Shown here: one piece after another, positions 1 to 7,785 of the stretch | Position numbering within the stretch: the stretch's first letter is position 1 | How the letters are laid out: each line of letters starts with the position of its first letter | Source of the DNA: Gammaproteobacteria bacterium | GTDB lineage: Bacteria > Pseudomonadota > Gammaproteobacteria > GCA-001735895 | Direction of reading: 5' to 3' | Assembly: GCA_050298595.1 (NCBI GenBank) | Contig: JBNKUM010000104.1 | Span: 1 to 17,000, forward strand | Length of the DNA: 17,000 nt | Position numbers and translations under genes: made by a program | Notes under the pieces: generated by a model | The model's database searches: none | The model's input: only the letters and a program-made list of their open reading frames with translations | Told to the model about the DNA's origin: nothing

Positions 1-40
1 CCTTGCCGCCAAAATCATTTTCTAACAGTTTTCTAATCAT
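1..40 (-). CDS. urtC: Urea ABC transporter permease UrtC, 5' end only (runs off the window)
   Basis: The ATG (40-38) overlaps the urtB TAA stop (TAATG coupling) and opens MIRKLLENDFGGK. Identity is inferred only from the conserved urtABCDE gene order. Confidence 0.65.
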   Translation of the reverse strand, partial: MIRKLLENDFGGK

Positions 41-1635
41 TATTCTGCCGCCCTGCCTTTCTGTGGAAACAGGCCGCGCGGTCGTTTCTGGATAAACAGG
101 ATGATAAAGATCAACACCAGTATCTTGGCCAGTACCGCACCGGTAACCGGTTCCAGATACTTACCCACTACCCCTAACGACAGTCCACTGATCAGGGTAC
201 CCCAGAGATTTCCGACGCCACCAAATACCACAACCATGAAAGAGTCCACGATATAAGCCTGACCCAGGTTAGGTCCTACATTAGTAATCTGACTCAGAGC
301 GACACCAGCCACACCCGCTATGCCGGAACCCAGACCGAAGGTCATAGCATCCACCCATTCGGATTTAATCCCCATCGCACGCGCCATATTTCTGTTTTGT
401 GAAACGGCTCGTACATGTAACCCTAGCGATGTTTTTTTCATCACCAGGAACAGCAGTACAAACACGATCAGGCAGAATATAAAGATATACAGACGGTTAT
501 AGGTAATGGATAACAGCGTATTGATTTCCAGTGACCCACTCATCCACTGCGGCGTTTCAACCGAACGATTGAGAGGAGAAAAGATACTGCGTACCACCTG
601 CTGCAAAAACAGGCTGATACCAAAGGTTGCTAACAGCGTTTCTAACGGGCGGCCATATAAAAAACGAATGATGCCACGCTCGATTGCGATTCCCACAAGA
701 CCCGAAACCAGAAAAGCCGCAGGGATGGAAATCAGCACTGAGGCACCAATATTATCAGGCATCAACAGTTGCACCACATAAGTGGTATAGGCACCGATCA
801 TAATCAATTCACCATGCGCCATATTGATAACACCCATCACACCAAAGGTAATGGCGAGACCAATGGCGGCCAGAGCCAGAATCGAACCCAGGCTCAAACC
901 AAAGAACAGGGTTTCGATATAGGAGAACATGGATACCCTAGATTCGATGCTTGCAACCGCTTTGGCCGCAGCCTTTTTCACTGTCTTATCCGTTGAGTTT
1001 TGAGCGAGTTGTTTAAACTTGTTTAACACATCTGGATTTAACTGATCCTGCAGAGACTGGATAGACTGAAGCTGGATCTCCTGATTATCCGAATCCAGAC
1101 CGGTGAATGCTATCACCTCGTTAATCGCCTGAATGACATCTGCATTTTTTTCTTTGCTTAACATATTTTTGAGCAGAGCGATCATATCTTCATCAGCCTG
1201 ACCCATTAAATTAGATACCGCCTGCACGCGTACGTCTGCATCCGGATGGTTTAATTTGATATTAGAAATTGACAGCTTAAGTAGCTGTCTGAGTGAATTA
1301 TTGATGCTCACTTTTTTTAGTTTGCGCTTGGACATAGTGCCAAGATCTTCGCCATTTAATGCATCGGTTACCTGTTTGCCAGAGTCAGCATCCTGGATAA
1401 ATGCCAGACGTTTGGTTTTTTTAACGTAATACAGGTCTCCAGACAGAATTGCATTCAACAGCAGTTCAGTTTTTTCATGGCCACTATCAACAAGTAATTC
1501 GATACCCCTGGCTTTTTTATCAAAGCTACTGGTGGTTAGCTGAGAGGTCGCTTCGTCAAGACTGGAATCATCAGCCTGTACAGTATTTAAGCTAAATACA
1601 GATGCAAATGAAATCAACAGTAGAATAATTCTCAT
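40..1635 (-). CDS. urtB: Urea ABC transporter permease UrtB (531 aa)
   Basis: N-terminal signal/anchor and HEAT-like periplasmic region, then a branched-chain-type permease domain (LAAIGLAITFGVMGVINMAHGELIMIGAY; LYGRPLETLLATFG; YIVDSFMVVVFGGVG; QKRPRGLFPQKGR). Lies downstream of urtA. Confidence 0.93.
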   Translation of the reverse strand: MRIILLLISFASVFSLNTVQADDSSLDEATSQLTTSSFDKKARGIELLVDSGHEKTELLLNAILSGDLYYVKKTKRLAFIQDADSGKQVTDALNGEDLGTMSKRKLKKVSINNSLRQLLKLSISNIKLNHPDADVRVQAVSNLMGQADEDMIALLKNMLSKEKNADVIQAINEVIAFTGLDSDNQEIQLQSIQSLQDQLNPDVLNKFKQLAQNSTDKTVKKAAAKAVASIESRVSMFSYIETLFFGLSLGSILALAAIGLAITFGVMGVINMAHGELIMIGAYTTYVVQLLMPDNIGASVLISIPAAFLVSGLVGIAIERGIIRFLYGRPLETLLATFGISLFLQQVVRSIFSPLNRSVETPQWMSGSLEINTLLSITYNRLYIFIFCLIVFVLLFLVMKKTSLGLHVRAVSQNRNMARAMGIKSEWVDAMTFGLGSGIAGVAGVALSQITNVGPNLGQAYIVDSFMVVVFGGVGNLWGTLISGLSLGVVGKYLEPVTGAVLAKILVLIFIILFIQKRPRGLFPQKGRAAE

Positions 1636-1692
1636 ACTTAACCTGCTGTCAGAGAGAGGAAAATTTTTGATGCCTTAGCACCCATGGTGATT

Positions 1693-1717
1693 CTCGGGGT
1701 CGATAGTCGACCCCGAG
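1693..1717. other. Intercistronic stem-loop between urtA and urtB (mRNA stabiliser or partial terminator)
   Basis: Perfect 11-bp stem CTCGGGGTCGA-TAG-TCGACCCCGAG just after the urtA stop, with no U-tract. This is the usual position for hairpins that boost binding-protein mRNA in ABC operons. Confidence 0.7.
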
Positions 1718-1739
1718 TAGTGTTACAGATAATCTCGAA

Positions 1740-3023
1740 CTAGAAGTTCTGTCCTGAACACTTGGCAGTTTTTACATTGTAGTTACCGCAGCTCAAAGGC
1801 GCTCTCCAGTCAGAGATCAGATCTTTTGAACCCGGCAGGAAGTCTGACCATGCATCGCCAGGAACCAGGCCTGAAGTCTTCCATACAGTTTCAAACTGAC
1901 CATCGTCCTGAATTTCACCGATCAATACAGGCTTGGTGATGTGATGGTTAGGCATCATGGTTGAAATGCCACCAGTCAGATTGGGCACAGCGATACCAAT
2001 CAGCGCATCCTGAACTGCAGATGGATCAGTAGTACCGGCTTTCTTAACCGCTTCGACCCACATCTTGAAGCCAATGTAATGTGCTTCCATAGGATCGTTA
2101 GTCACACGCTTGTCACTCTTGATGAATTTGTGCCATTTTTCAATGAACTCATCATTTTCAGGCGCATCAACGCTCATAAAATAGTTCCATGCAGCCAGGT
2201 GACCAACCAGAGGCCTGGTATCGATACCAGACAGTTCCTCTTCACCTACTGAGAAAGCAACTACAGGGATATCATCCGCAGTGACACTCTGATTACCTAG
2301 TTCTTTGTAGAAAGGTACGTTTGCATCACCATTGATGGTAGAAACAACCGCTGTTTTCTTACCTGCTGAACCAAATTTCTTGATATCAGAAACAATACTC
2401 TGCCAGTCAGAATGACCGAAAGGTGTGTAGTTGATCATGATATCTTTCTTAGCGACACCTTTAGCCATCAGGTAAGCTTCAAGAATTTTATTGGTAGTAC
2501 GAGGATAAACGTAATCGGTACCCGCAAGTACCCAACGTTTAACACCAATTTCATTCATCAGGTAATCAACCGCAGGAATCGCCTGCTGGTTTGGCGCAGC
2601 CCCCGTATAGAAAACGTTTTTAGAAGATTCTTCACCTTCATACTGTACGGGATAGAACAGGATACTGTTGAGTTCTTCAAATACAGGCAGTACTGATTTA
2701 CGTGAAACAGAAGTCCAGCAACCAAAGGTAGCATCAACCTTGTCTTTTGAAATCAGCTCACGTGCCTTTTCTGCGAATAGAGGCCAGTTTGAAGCTGGGT
2801 CAACAACTACGGCTTCCAGTTTTTTACCTAACAGACCACCTTTTTTGTTCTGATCTTCGATCAGCATCAGCATGGTATCTTTCAGTGTGGTTTCACTGAT
2901 CGCCATGGTACCAGACAGGGAATGTAACACACCGACCTTAATGGTATCAGCGGCGATTGCGGTGTTCATTATTGCTGAGCAAGCTATCGCCAGAGTCGCT
3001 GCTTTTATTGCTTTGAGTTTCAT
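1740..3023 (-). CDS. urtA: Urea ABC transporter substrate-binding protein UrtA (427 aa from ATG 3023)
   Basis: Signal peptide (MKLKAIK...AIA|ADT), IKVGVLHSLSGTMAISE, VVDPASNWPLFAEKA, FGCWTSVSRKSVLP, YPVQYEGEE, GTDYVYPRTTN. Start moved from the ORF-track TTG (3068) to ATG 3023, which has GGAG upstream. Confidence 0.95.
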   Translation of the reverse strand: MKLKAIKAATLAIACSAIMNTAIAADTIKVGVLHSLSGTMAISETTLKDTMLMLIEDQNKKGGLLGKKLEAVVVDPASNWPLFAEKARELISKDKVDATFGCWTSVSRKSVLPVFEELNSILFYPVQYEGEESSKNVFYTGAAPNQQAIPAVDYLMNEIGVKRWVLAGTDYVYPRTTNKILEAYLMAKGVAKKDIMINYTPFGHSDWQSIVSDIKKFGSAGKKTAVVSTINGDANVPFYKELGNQSVTADDIPVVAFSVGEEELSGIDTRPLVGHLAAWNYFMSVDAPENDEFIEKWHKFIKSDKRVTNDPMEAHYIGFKMWVEAVKKAGTTDPSAVQDALIGIAVPNLTGGISTMMPNHHITKPVLIGEIQDDGQFETVWKTSGLVPGDAWSDFLPGSKDLISDWRAPLSCGNYNVKTAKCSGQNF

Positions 3024-3063
3024 CGTTTCTGTACTCCAATTATTATAAAGACGGAAACCAGAT

Positions 3064-3080
3064 AACAACTTTAGTGCCAG
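3064..3080 (-). promoter_or_regulatory. Sigma-54 (-24/-12) promoter of urtA
   Basis: Minus strand CTGGCACTAAAGTTGTT versus consensus TGGCAC-N5-TTGC. The spacing is correct, but -12 reads GT instead of GC. It lies about 40 nt upstream of the urtA ATG. Confidence 0.7.
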
Positions 3081-3164
3081 AAGTTTAATAATCGATGCAA
3101 TTCAATCAGTTAACACAGATTATAAAATAAGCGCTGTAATAATTGAGCAGAACACTCGGAGAAG

Positions 3165-3329
3165 TGCTTTAAATGAGTGCGCTAATACATACTGCCGCAC
3201 TCTATCAGTGCCAGGCTTATCCTCACCCCCTGCGCAGGGCTGCTGCTATCTACCCCCAGTAAAAGCTTGTTTGCCAGCCATAGGCTTTACCTGAAAGTAA
3301 TCTTAGTTATCGCGCACGAAATCGGTGCG
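3165..3329. promoter_or_regulatory. NtrC-type enhancer sites upstream of urtA
   Basis: GCAC-N7-GTGC sites at 3196-3212 (CGCACTCTATCAGTGCC) and 3313-3329 (CGCACGAAATCGGTGCG), plus a weaker site at 3165-3181 (TGCTTTAAATGAGTGCG) 31 bp from the first. They sit 85-250 bp upstream of the sigma-54 promoter. Confidence 0.65.
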
Positions 3330-3382
3330 TCTCTTTTAATATGATTTTGAGCTACTCGAGCCAATCTCCCTGATTCGATCAC

Positions 3383-3679
3383 TCAGATAGTGCCTGCCCT
3401 ACCTTTGGCCTGAACACTCCGACTTAGCTTTATCAAATTATCTGTCTCAGACACAGATTTAATTCCACAAACATCAGCCGACAGCCGGGCATCGCCCTGC
3501 CAGAAATAACGCTTAGCTTCCTGTAAAACCTGCTGACGGGTTAGCCCAATATCTTTCAATGCATAATCATCCATTTCTAACAGATGCTTTCTGGTTCTGG
3601 ATCTCTGACTGTAAAGCTCAAGCTGCTGTATTAGCCGGCAAAACAAGCTTTTTAAGTTACTGAATTGAATCAATTTCAT
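3383..3679 (-). CDS. DUF1127 (YjiS-like) small protein
   Basis: Signature RSRTRKHLLEMDDYALKDIGLTRQQV...YFWQ. Divergent from a MocR regulator, as yjiS is from yjiR in E. coli. Confidence 0.85.
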   Translation of the reverse strand: MKLIQFSNLKSLFCRLIQQLELYSQRSRTRKHLLEMDDYALKDIGLTRQQVLQEAKRYFWQGDARLSADVCGIKSVSETDNLIKLSRSVQAKGRAGTI

Positions 3680-3851
3680 ATCTGTTCCTGAGTAGTTTCG
3701 GGTACAGATAAGTTAATTGCTTACCTTAAATCATTACAGATTCACATAAAAACTATTTGAACATGACAGATTCAGTATTTTTGCATCTGTCATGTTCAGG
3801 CATCACAAATCTGTACTAGCTGTACTAATAAATTTTAAAATCTGTCATGTT
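3680..3851. promoter_or_regulatory. Array of ATCTGT/ACAGAT motifs, likely the MocR operator
   Basis: ATCTGT at 3680, 3785, 3809 and 3840; ACAGAT at 3704, 3736 and 3766. Perfect 14-bp inverted repeat TGAACATGACAGAT (3758-3771)/ATCTGTCATGTTCA (3785-3798), and a direct copy ATCTGTCATGTT at 3840-3851. Confidence 0.6.
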
Positions 3852-3880
3852 TTATGCTATTACTTAAAGTTAAAAGCTTT

Positions 3881-4021
3881 TCACCACGGAGACACAGAGA
3901 ACACGGAGATCAAATTTTGTTTATTTATTAATTATTTGGCCGTTTGTTAAGTTTCTCAAAAGACAATCTAATTAGAATAAATCTTATCACCGCTCTGTGT
4001 TCTCTATGTCCTCTCTGGTGA
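3881..4021. repeat. 141-bp element bounded by imperfect inverted repeats built from CAC(A/G)GAG units (MITE/REP-like)
   Basis: Left arm TCACCACGGAGACACAGAGAACACGGAG (3881-3908); right arm CTCTGTGTTCTCTATGTCCTCTCTGGTGA (3993-4021); AT-rich non-coding interior. Confidence 0.65.
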
Positions 4022-4081
4022 GATATTTTTATATGCAACAGCCAGCCAGATATCACTAACCATCAGGTATTGTTATTAACC

Positions 4082-5503
4082 ATGAAATTATATGAACGCC
4101 TCTACAGCACTCTCTCACAACAGATCGAAAGTGGATATTTCCAGGTCAATCAGAAACTACCCTCTATCAGAGATATGAGTCAGCAACACCATGTCAGTAT
4201 TTCAACAGTGCAGGAAGCTTATCGATTGCTGGAAGATGCGGGGCTGGCACTTGTTCGTCCCAAATCCGGTTATTACGTCAAGCTGGTCAAACCGCATAAC
4301 CTGCTGCCCGATATCAGTCGGCCCGACCAGAAGCCCGTTCAGATTGATAACTGGGATAAGGTGCTGGAGTTAACCTCAACGGATAACAGGAATGGTTTTA
4401 TGGCCTTTGGCCGGGGCACCCCCGATTTACACCTCAGCAGCCTTAAACCGCTGCAGCGAATTCTGGAGGATATAGTAAAGAAGCAACCTCTGGCACTGTA
4501 TCAGGCAAAAGCAGGCAAAGGAGCAGATAGCCTACGCGAGCAGATAGTACGGCTTATGCTGCTTTCCGGCTGCTCATTACACCCGGAAGATATCGTCATA
4601 ACAACAGGCTGTCAGGAAGCCCTGTCATTAAGCTTAAAAGCGCTGACTAAACCGGGCGATATTGTTGCTGTTGATTCACCCTTTTTTTATGGCTCGGTAC
4701 AGGCTATACAATCCAATGAATTAAAGGTACTAGAAATTCCCACGCATCCAGAAACCGGTATCAGCCTGCCCGCACTGGAGCTTGCTTTAGAACAGTGGCC
4801 GATCAAGGTTATTCAACTGGTTCCAACCTCGAATAATCCACTGGGTTATATCATGCCGGATGAAAATAAAATTAAGCTGCTACAGCTGGCCGCGAAATAT
4901 GATGTTGCGATTATCGAAGACGACATTTATGGGGAATTGATTTACAAAAGCCCACGCCCGAGAAGCATCAAATCTTTTGATACCGAAGGTCGGGTATTGC
5001 TATGTTCATCATTTTCAAAATCTATAGCCCCCGGTTTTCGCGTTGGCTGGGTTGCGGCGGGAAGATATGGAAAGGTCATTGAACACTTAAAGTTCATTAA
5101 CTCTTATTCATCTCCCACCTTACCGCAACTGGTGATCGCTGAATTTATCAAACAGGGGTATTACGACAGGCACAATCGTGCGGCAAAACATCAGTACCAT
5201 AAAAACAGAGACCTGATGATTCAGGCAGTGCGTAAATACTTTCCCGAGGGCACCAGAATGACCTATCCCGGAGGTGCGCTCAATCTATGGATAGTACTAC
5301 CCGAAAATATCAATAGCTTTGAACTGAATGAAAAATTACGCCCCTTTAATATTGGCATTGCGCCAGGCGCATTATTTAACAGCAGCGGAAAATACAAAAA
5401 CTGTATGCGCCTGAATTACGCCCCCCCTCATGATGACAGAATAGAACAAGCCATCAAAACCATTGGGGAGCAGGCCTGTTTATTAAATGACAAAACCTCG
5501 TAA
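4082..5503 (+). CDS. MocR-family (GntR wHTH + PLP aminotransferase-like) transcriptional regulator, YjiR-like
   Basis: N-terminal wHTH (KLPSIRDMSQQHHVSISTVQEAYRLLE), ITTGCQEAL, IIEDDIYGEL, and the PLP-lysine motif SSFSKSIAPGFRVGW. Start placed at ATG 4082 rather than TTG 4070. Confidence 0.92.
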   Translation: MKLYERLYSTLSQQIESGYFQVNQKLPSIRDMSQQHHVSISTVQEAYRLLEDAGLALVRPKSGYYVKLVKPHNLLPDISRPDQKPVQIDNWDKVLELTSTDNRNGFMAFGRGTPDLHLSSLKPLQRILEDIVKKQPLALYQAKAGKGADSLREQIVRLMLLSGCSLHPEDIVITTGCQEALSLSLKALTKPGDIVAVDSPFFYGSVQAIQSNELKVLEIPTHPETGISLPALELALEQWPIKVIQLVPTSNNPLGYIMPDENKIKLLQLAAKYDVAIIEDDIYGELIYKSPRPRSIKSFDTEGRVLLCSSFSKSIAPGFRVGWVAAGRYGKVIEHLKFINSYSSPTLPQLVIAEFIKQGYYDRHNRAAKHQYHKNRDLMIQAVRKYFPEGTRMTYPGGALNLWIVLPENINSFELNEKLRPFNIGIAPGALFNSSGKYKNCMRLNYAPPHDDRIEQAIKTIGEQACLLNDKTS

Positions 5504-5765
5504 CAGCTTCGATATAACAATGGTTTTCAGGGTTGGGAATCCCTGGATTTTGATCAATTCAGTGCTATCTGCATAGACGCATATTTGATTTAACTGCATA
5601 AGTTCGGATGACATCTGGCAGTTTAAGAAAGTAGCTCTGATTTAGCACATACTTGCCAAATGAGTACAAAGAATTAATGGCCACTTTTGATAGTAGTCAG
5701 CTCAGTCCATGCCTAATAGGGGTATTCCTTGTCAGGAGGAGATATGTCCTGAAGGCAAATAGTAT

Positions 5766-5803
5766 CTTGTTGCAGTTAGCAAACATCGGCGAACTGCAAC
5801 AGG
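5766..5803. terminator. Stem-loop just downstream of the DUF2934 gene, between convergent genes
   Basis: TGTTGCAGTT (5768-5777)/AACTGCAACA (5792-5801) is a perfect 10-bp stem. There is no clean U-tract. Confidence 0.45.
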
Positions 5804-5812
5804 GAAAAAACA

Positions 5813-6031
5813 CTACTGTAACTGTAACGCCTTATCAATTTCCTTACTGGCTTCATGCCAGTCATGCAAGGTATCACCGCCATCAAACCCGCGTTTTTCC
5901 GCTAGATAGTACGCCGCTTCGGCAATCATCTGATAACGTTGCTGGTCTGAAATAGCCGTTTTTTTAGAGCTCGTGATTTTGCTCTTTGCAGCTGTTGTTT
6001 TGGCGGCCTTTTTTACTGTTTTAGCTTTCAT
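5813..6031 (-). CDS. DUF2934 domain small protein with Lys/Ala-rich N-terminus
   Basis: Family pattern QRYQMIAEAAYYLAEKRGFDGGDTLHDWHEASKEI. Good SD (AAGGAG) before the ATG. Confidence 0.85.
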   Translation of the reverse strand: MKAKTVKKAAKTTAAKSKITSSKKTAISDQQRYQMIAEAAYYLAEKRGFDGGDTLHDWHEASKEIDKALQLQ

Positions 6032-6306
6032 CTATTATCTCCTTCAACGAATTAATGGTTTAAAAAATTGGCAAATTATTTTTGCCTAGCTGTCCCCTTT
6101 ATACACAATTACCAGTCAGATTGTATACACACACCACAAAATCCGCTATTGGCGAAATGAACTTATTGTGTTTTGATGACCAGCTTTCACAGGTTCATAT
6201 CCTGAATTATGTGTTAACGCAGTGGACTGATCCCTTGAGTAGCTAGTGTCATGACGCTTCTCGGCGTGTTGAAGTGAGGTCGATTGCCTCGTTCTTCGAA
6301 CATAGG

Positions 6307-6513
6307 CTAGAGAGATTTAACTTTATTTGCACAGGGCCCTTTCTGGCTCTGGCCAACTTCATATTCTACTTTCTGACCGTCATTGAGTGTTGCATAAGCA
6401 CCCCCACTCTGGATTTCAGAATGGTGAACAAATAAATCCTTTCCTCCTTCATCCGGGGTAATAAAACCAAAACCTTTATCCGCACTGAACCACTTTACTG
6501 TACCTGTACTCAT
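6307..6513 (-). CDS. csp: Cold-shock domain protein (CspA family; paralogue not resolvable)
   Basis: [12 protein letters not shown]1 KGFGFI, RNP2 LFVHHS, C-terminal [15 protein letters not shown] upstream. Confidence 0.95.
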   Translation of the reverse strand: MSTGTVKWFSADKGFGFITPDEGGKDLFVHHSEIQSGGAYATLNDGQKVEYEVGQSQKGPCANKVKSL

Positions 6514-6585
6514 GCCTAATTTTCCTCAATATATATAATTGGATTAACTTACTTTATTCTTGTACTTCTTTAGAACTCTTTAATA

Positions 6586-6721
6586 ATTACACGCATCAAA
6601 CTTGAAACGTATAGTTGCCGCTTCCACCACCGGAGGAAATCAACAAAACAAAAGGAAGAAGATAGAAAAATCGGGAAAATGACTGTACCCATGTTCTTTT
6701 ACCAGGGTTGGTGCGTGTAAT
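6586..6721. promoter_or_regulatory. Long-range inverted repeat in the csp upstream/leader region
   Basis: ATTACACGCATCAA (6586-6599) pairs with TTGGTGCGTGTAAT (6708-6721) at 13/14 positions, enclosing about 108 nt with an inner hairpin. Confidence 0.45.
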
Positions 6722-6783
6722 GTTTCACGCTATGCCTTATGAACTCTATTGTCCATAAGGGCAGGGACCAGTTGAATGTTTTT

Positions 6784-6797
6784 TTGATCCATATCAA
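6784..6797. promoter_or_regulatory. FNR/ANR/DNR-type binding site
   Basis: TTGAT-CCAT-ATCAA is an exact match to the TTGAT-N4-ATCAA consensus. It is intergenic, about 270 bp upstream of csp. Confidence 0.6.
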
Positions 6798-7109
6798 ATA
6801 TTCAGAGAGGTTACCCAGTTAGAAATGATAAATTGGGCCATAGACAGGATAAGAACTGCGATATAGGAATTGATGAAGTGTTTTCGCTAATTTGTACTGA
6901 ATGACCGCCCCTGGCACCAAACAGCATAATGCATTGCATCAAACCAATGTCTGCTATTACACAACCTCTCTACTACTAAGAACATAAAATATCCTACTGT
7001 AAATTCAGGAATAGCCTATTAGTTTCTGTTTATGAGTCCTTGATTTTCTGGAACACTCAATCCAGATTTGTTTGCACCTTTATGCTGAACCGAGATGACG
7101 TGGGTTTTG

Positions 7110-7574
7110 TCAGTGTTGTTGGGGAACCCCTAAAGTTTGAATCAGCTCAGTAATAATAGCCTTTTCTTCTGCCTGTACACGCTCGGATGCAGGAAACGGA
7201 TATTCAGTGACACAGGCAGCGGCTATATCCATGCAGTATTTAACAATCATGTCTCGGGTGTTGTTGGATAGTTCCGCTTCAAGTTTTTCTATAGCCAGCC
7301 CCTTAAGGTCTGCCAGAAGTTCATCAGATGGACGCTGTTTCATAAAATAATCTATAAACGAGTTCGCCTCTTCAACAGAAATCACTTCCATTCCTTCAGC
7401 TGCATTACTGAGGTTGGCAAGGTGTCTGACGGTAAAGTCCTGCAGAATACTGATCTCTTTTTCCTGATTCTTGCCATCAGCCCAGATTATTTCTATCAGG
7501 GGAATGAGTTCAAGCAGATAGACAACTTTAGAATTAAGCTTATGTTTTTGCAGAATTGTTTGTATAGAGCTCAT
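7110..7574 (-). CDS. Hypothetical all-helical protein, TerB-like
   Basis: IIWADGKNQEKEISIL and the C-terminal CMDIAAA...VQAEEKAIITEL resemble the two ADG..E / E..E halves of TerB-like folds. The assignment is by motif resemblance only. Confidence 0.55.
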   Translation of the reverse strand: MSSIQTILQKHKLNSKVVYLLELIPLIEIIWADGKNQEKEISILQDFTVRHLANLSNAAEGMEVISVEEANSFIDYFMKQRPSDELLADLKGLAIEKLEAELSNNTRDMIVKYCMDIAAACVTEYPFPASERVQAEEKAIITELIQTLGVPQQH

Positions 7575-7709
7575 AGTTTATAGCTTACTTCTTAGGTTAA
7601 TTTAAGACCAATTTATCTCGTAACCCAGGGCTCTCTGTGGATAAATGGAAATAACAGATTTTCAAGCTTTCAGGAAAAGTGTTATAAATAATCGCATCTC
7701 CTTCAAGCA

Positions 7710-7737
7710 CCCCAGCCAGTCCATAAGTTAGCCGGGG
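7710..7737 (-). terminator. Stem-loop downstream of tex
   Basis: On the minus strand CCCCGGCUA pairs with UGGCUGGGG (9 bp including G-U), about 50 nt after the tex stop. The U-tail is weak. Confidence 0.4.
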
Positions 7738-7785
7738 CAACTCTTTCTTGCCCATTATAGAAGTCAACATCAGGTTTACAAGTTC

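Noticed and set aside
320-2853. + strand ORFs of 60-94 aa inside urtB/urtA
   Set aside because: They are antisense shadows of well-supported genes, with no motifs.
3024-3068. ORF-track N-terminal extension of urtA from TTG 3068
   Set aside because: It overlaps the sigma-54 promoter. ATG 3023 has an SD and gives a proper signal peptide.
5653-5955. 100-aa + strand ORF
   Set aside because: TTG start without an SD, antisense overlap with the DUF2934 gene, and no recognisable motif.
6070-6086. GGCAAA-N5-TTTGCC upstream of DUF2934 as a sigma-54 promoter
   Set aside because: The GG-to-GC spacing is 12 nt on both strands, not the required 10. It remains only a short palindrome.
6911-6927. CTGGCACCAAACAGCAT as a sigma-54 promoter
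   Set aside because: The spacing is GG-N9-GC and there is no downstream gene on that strand.
7636-7644. Perfect DnaA box (TGTGGATAA)
   Set aside because: It is a single copy with no box cluster or oriC gene context. A lone 9-mer may be chance.
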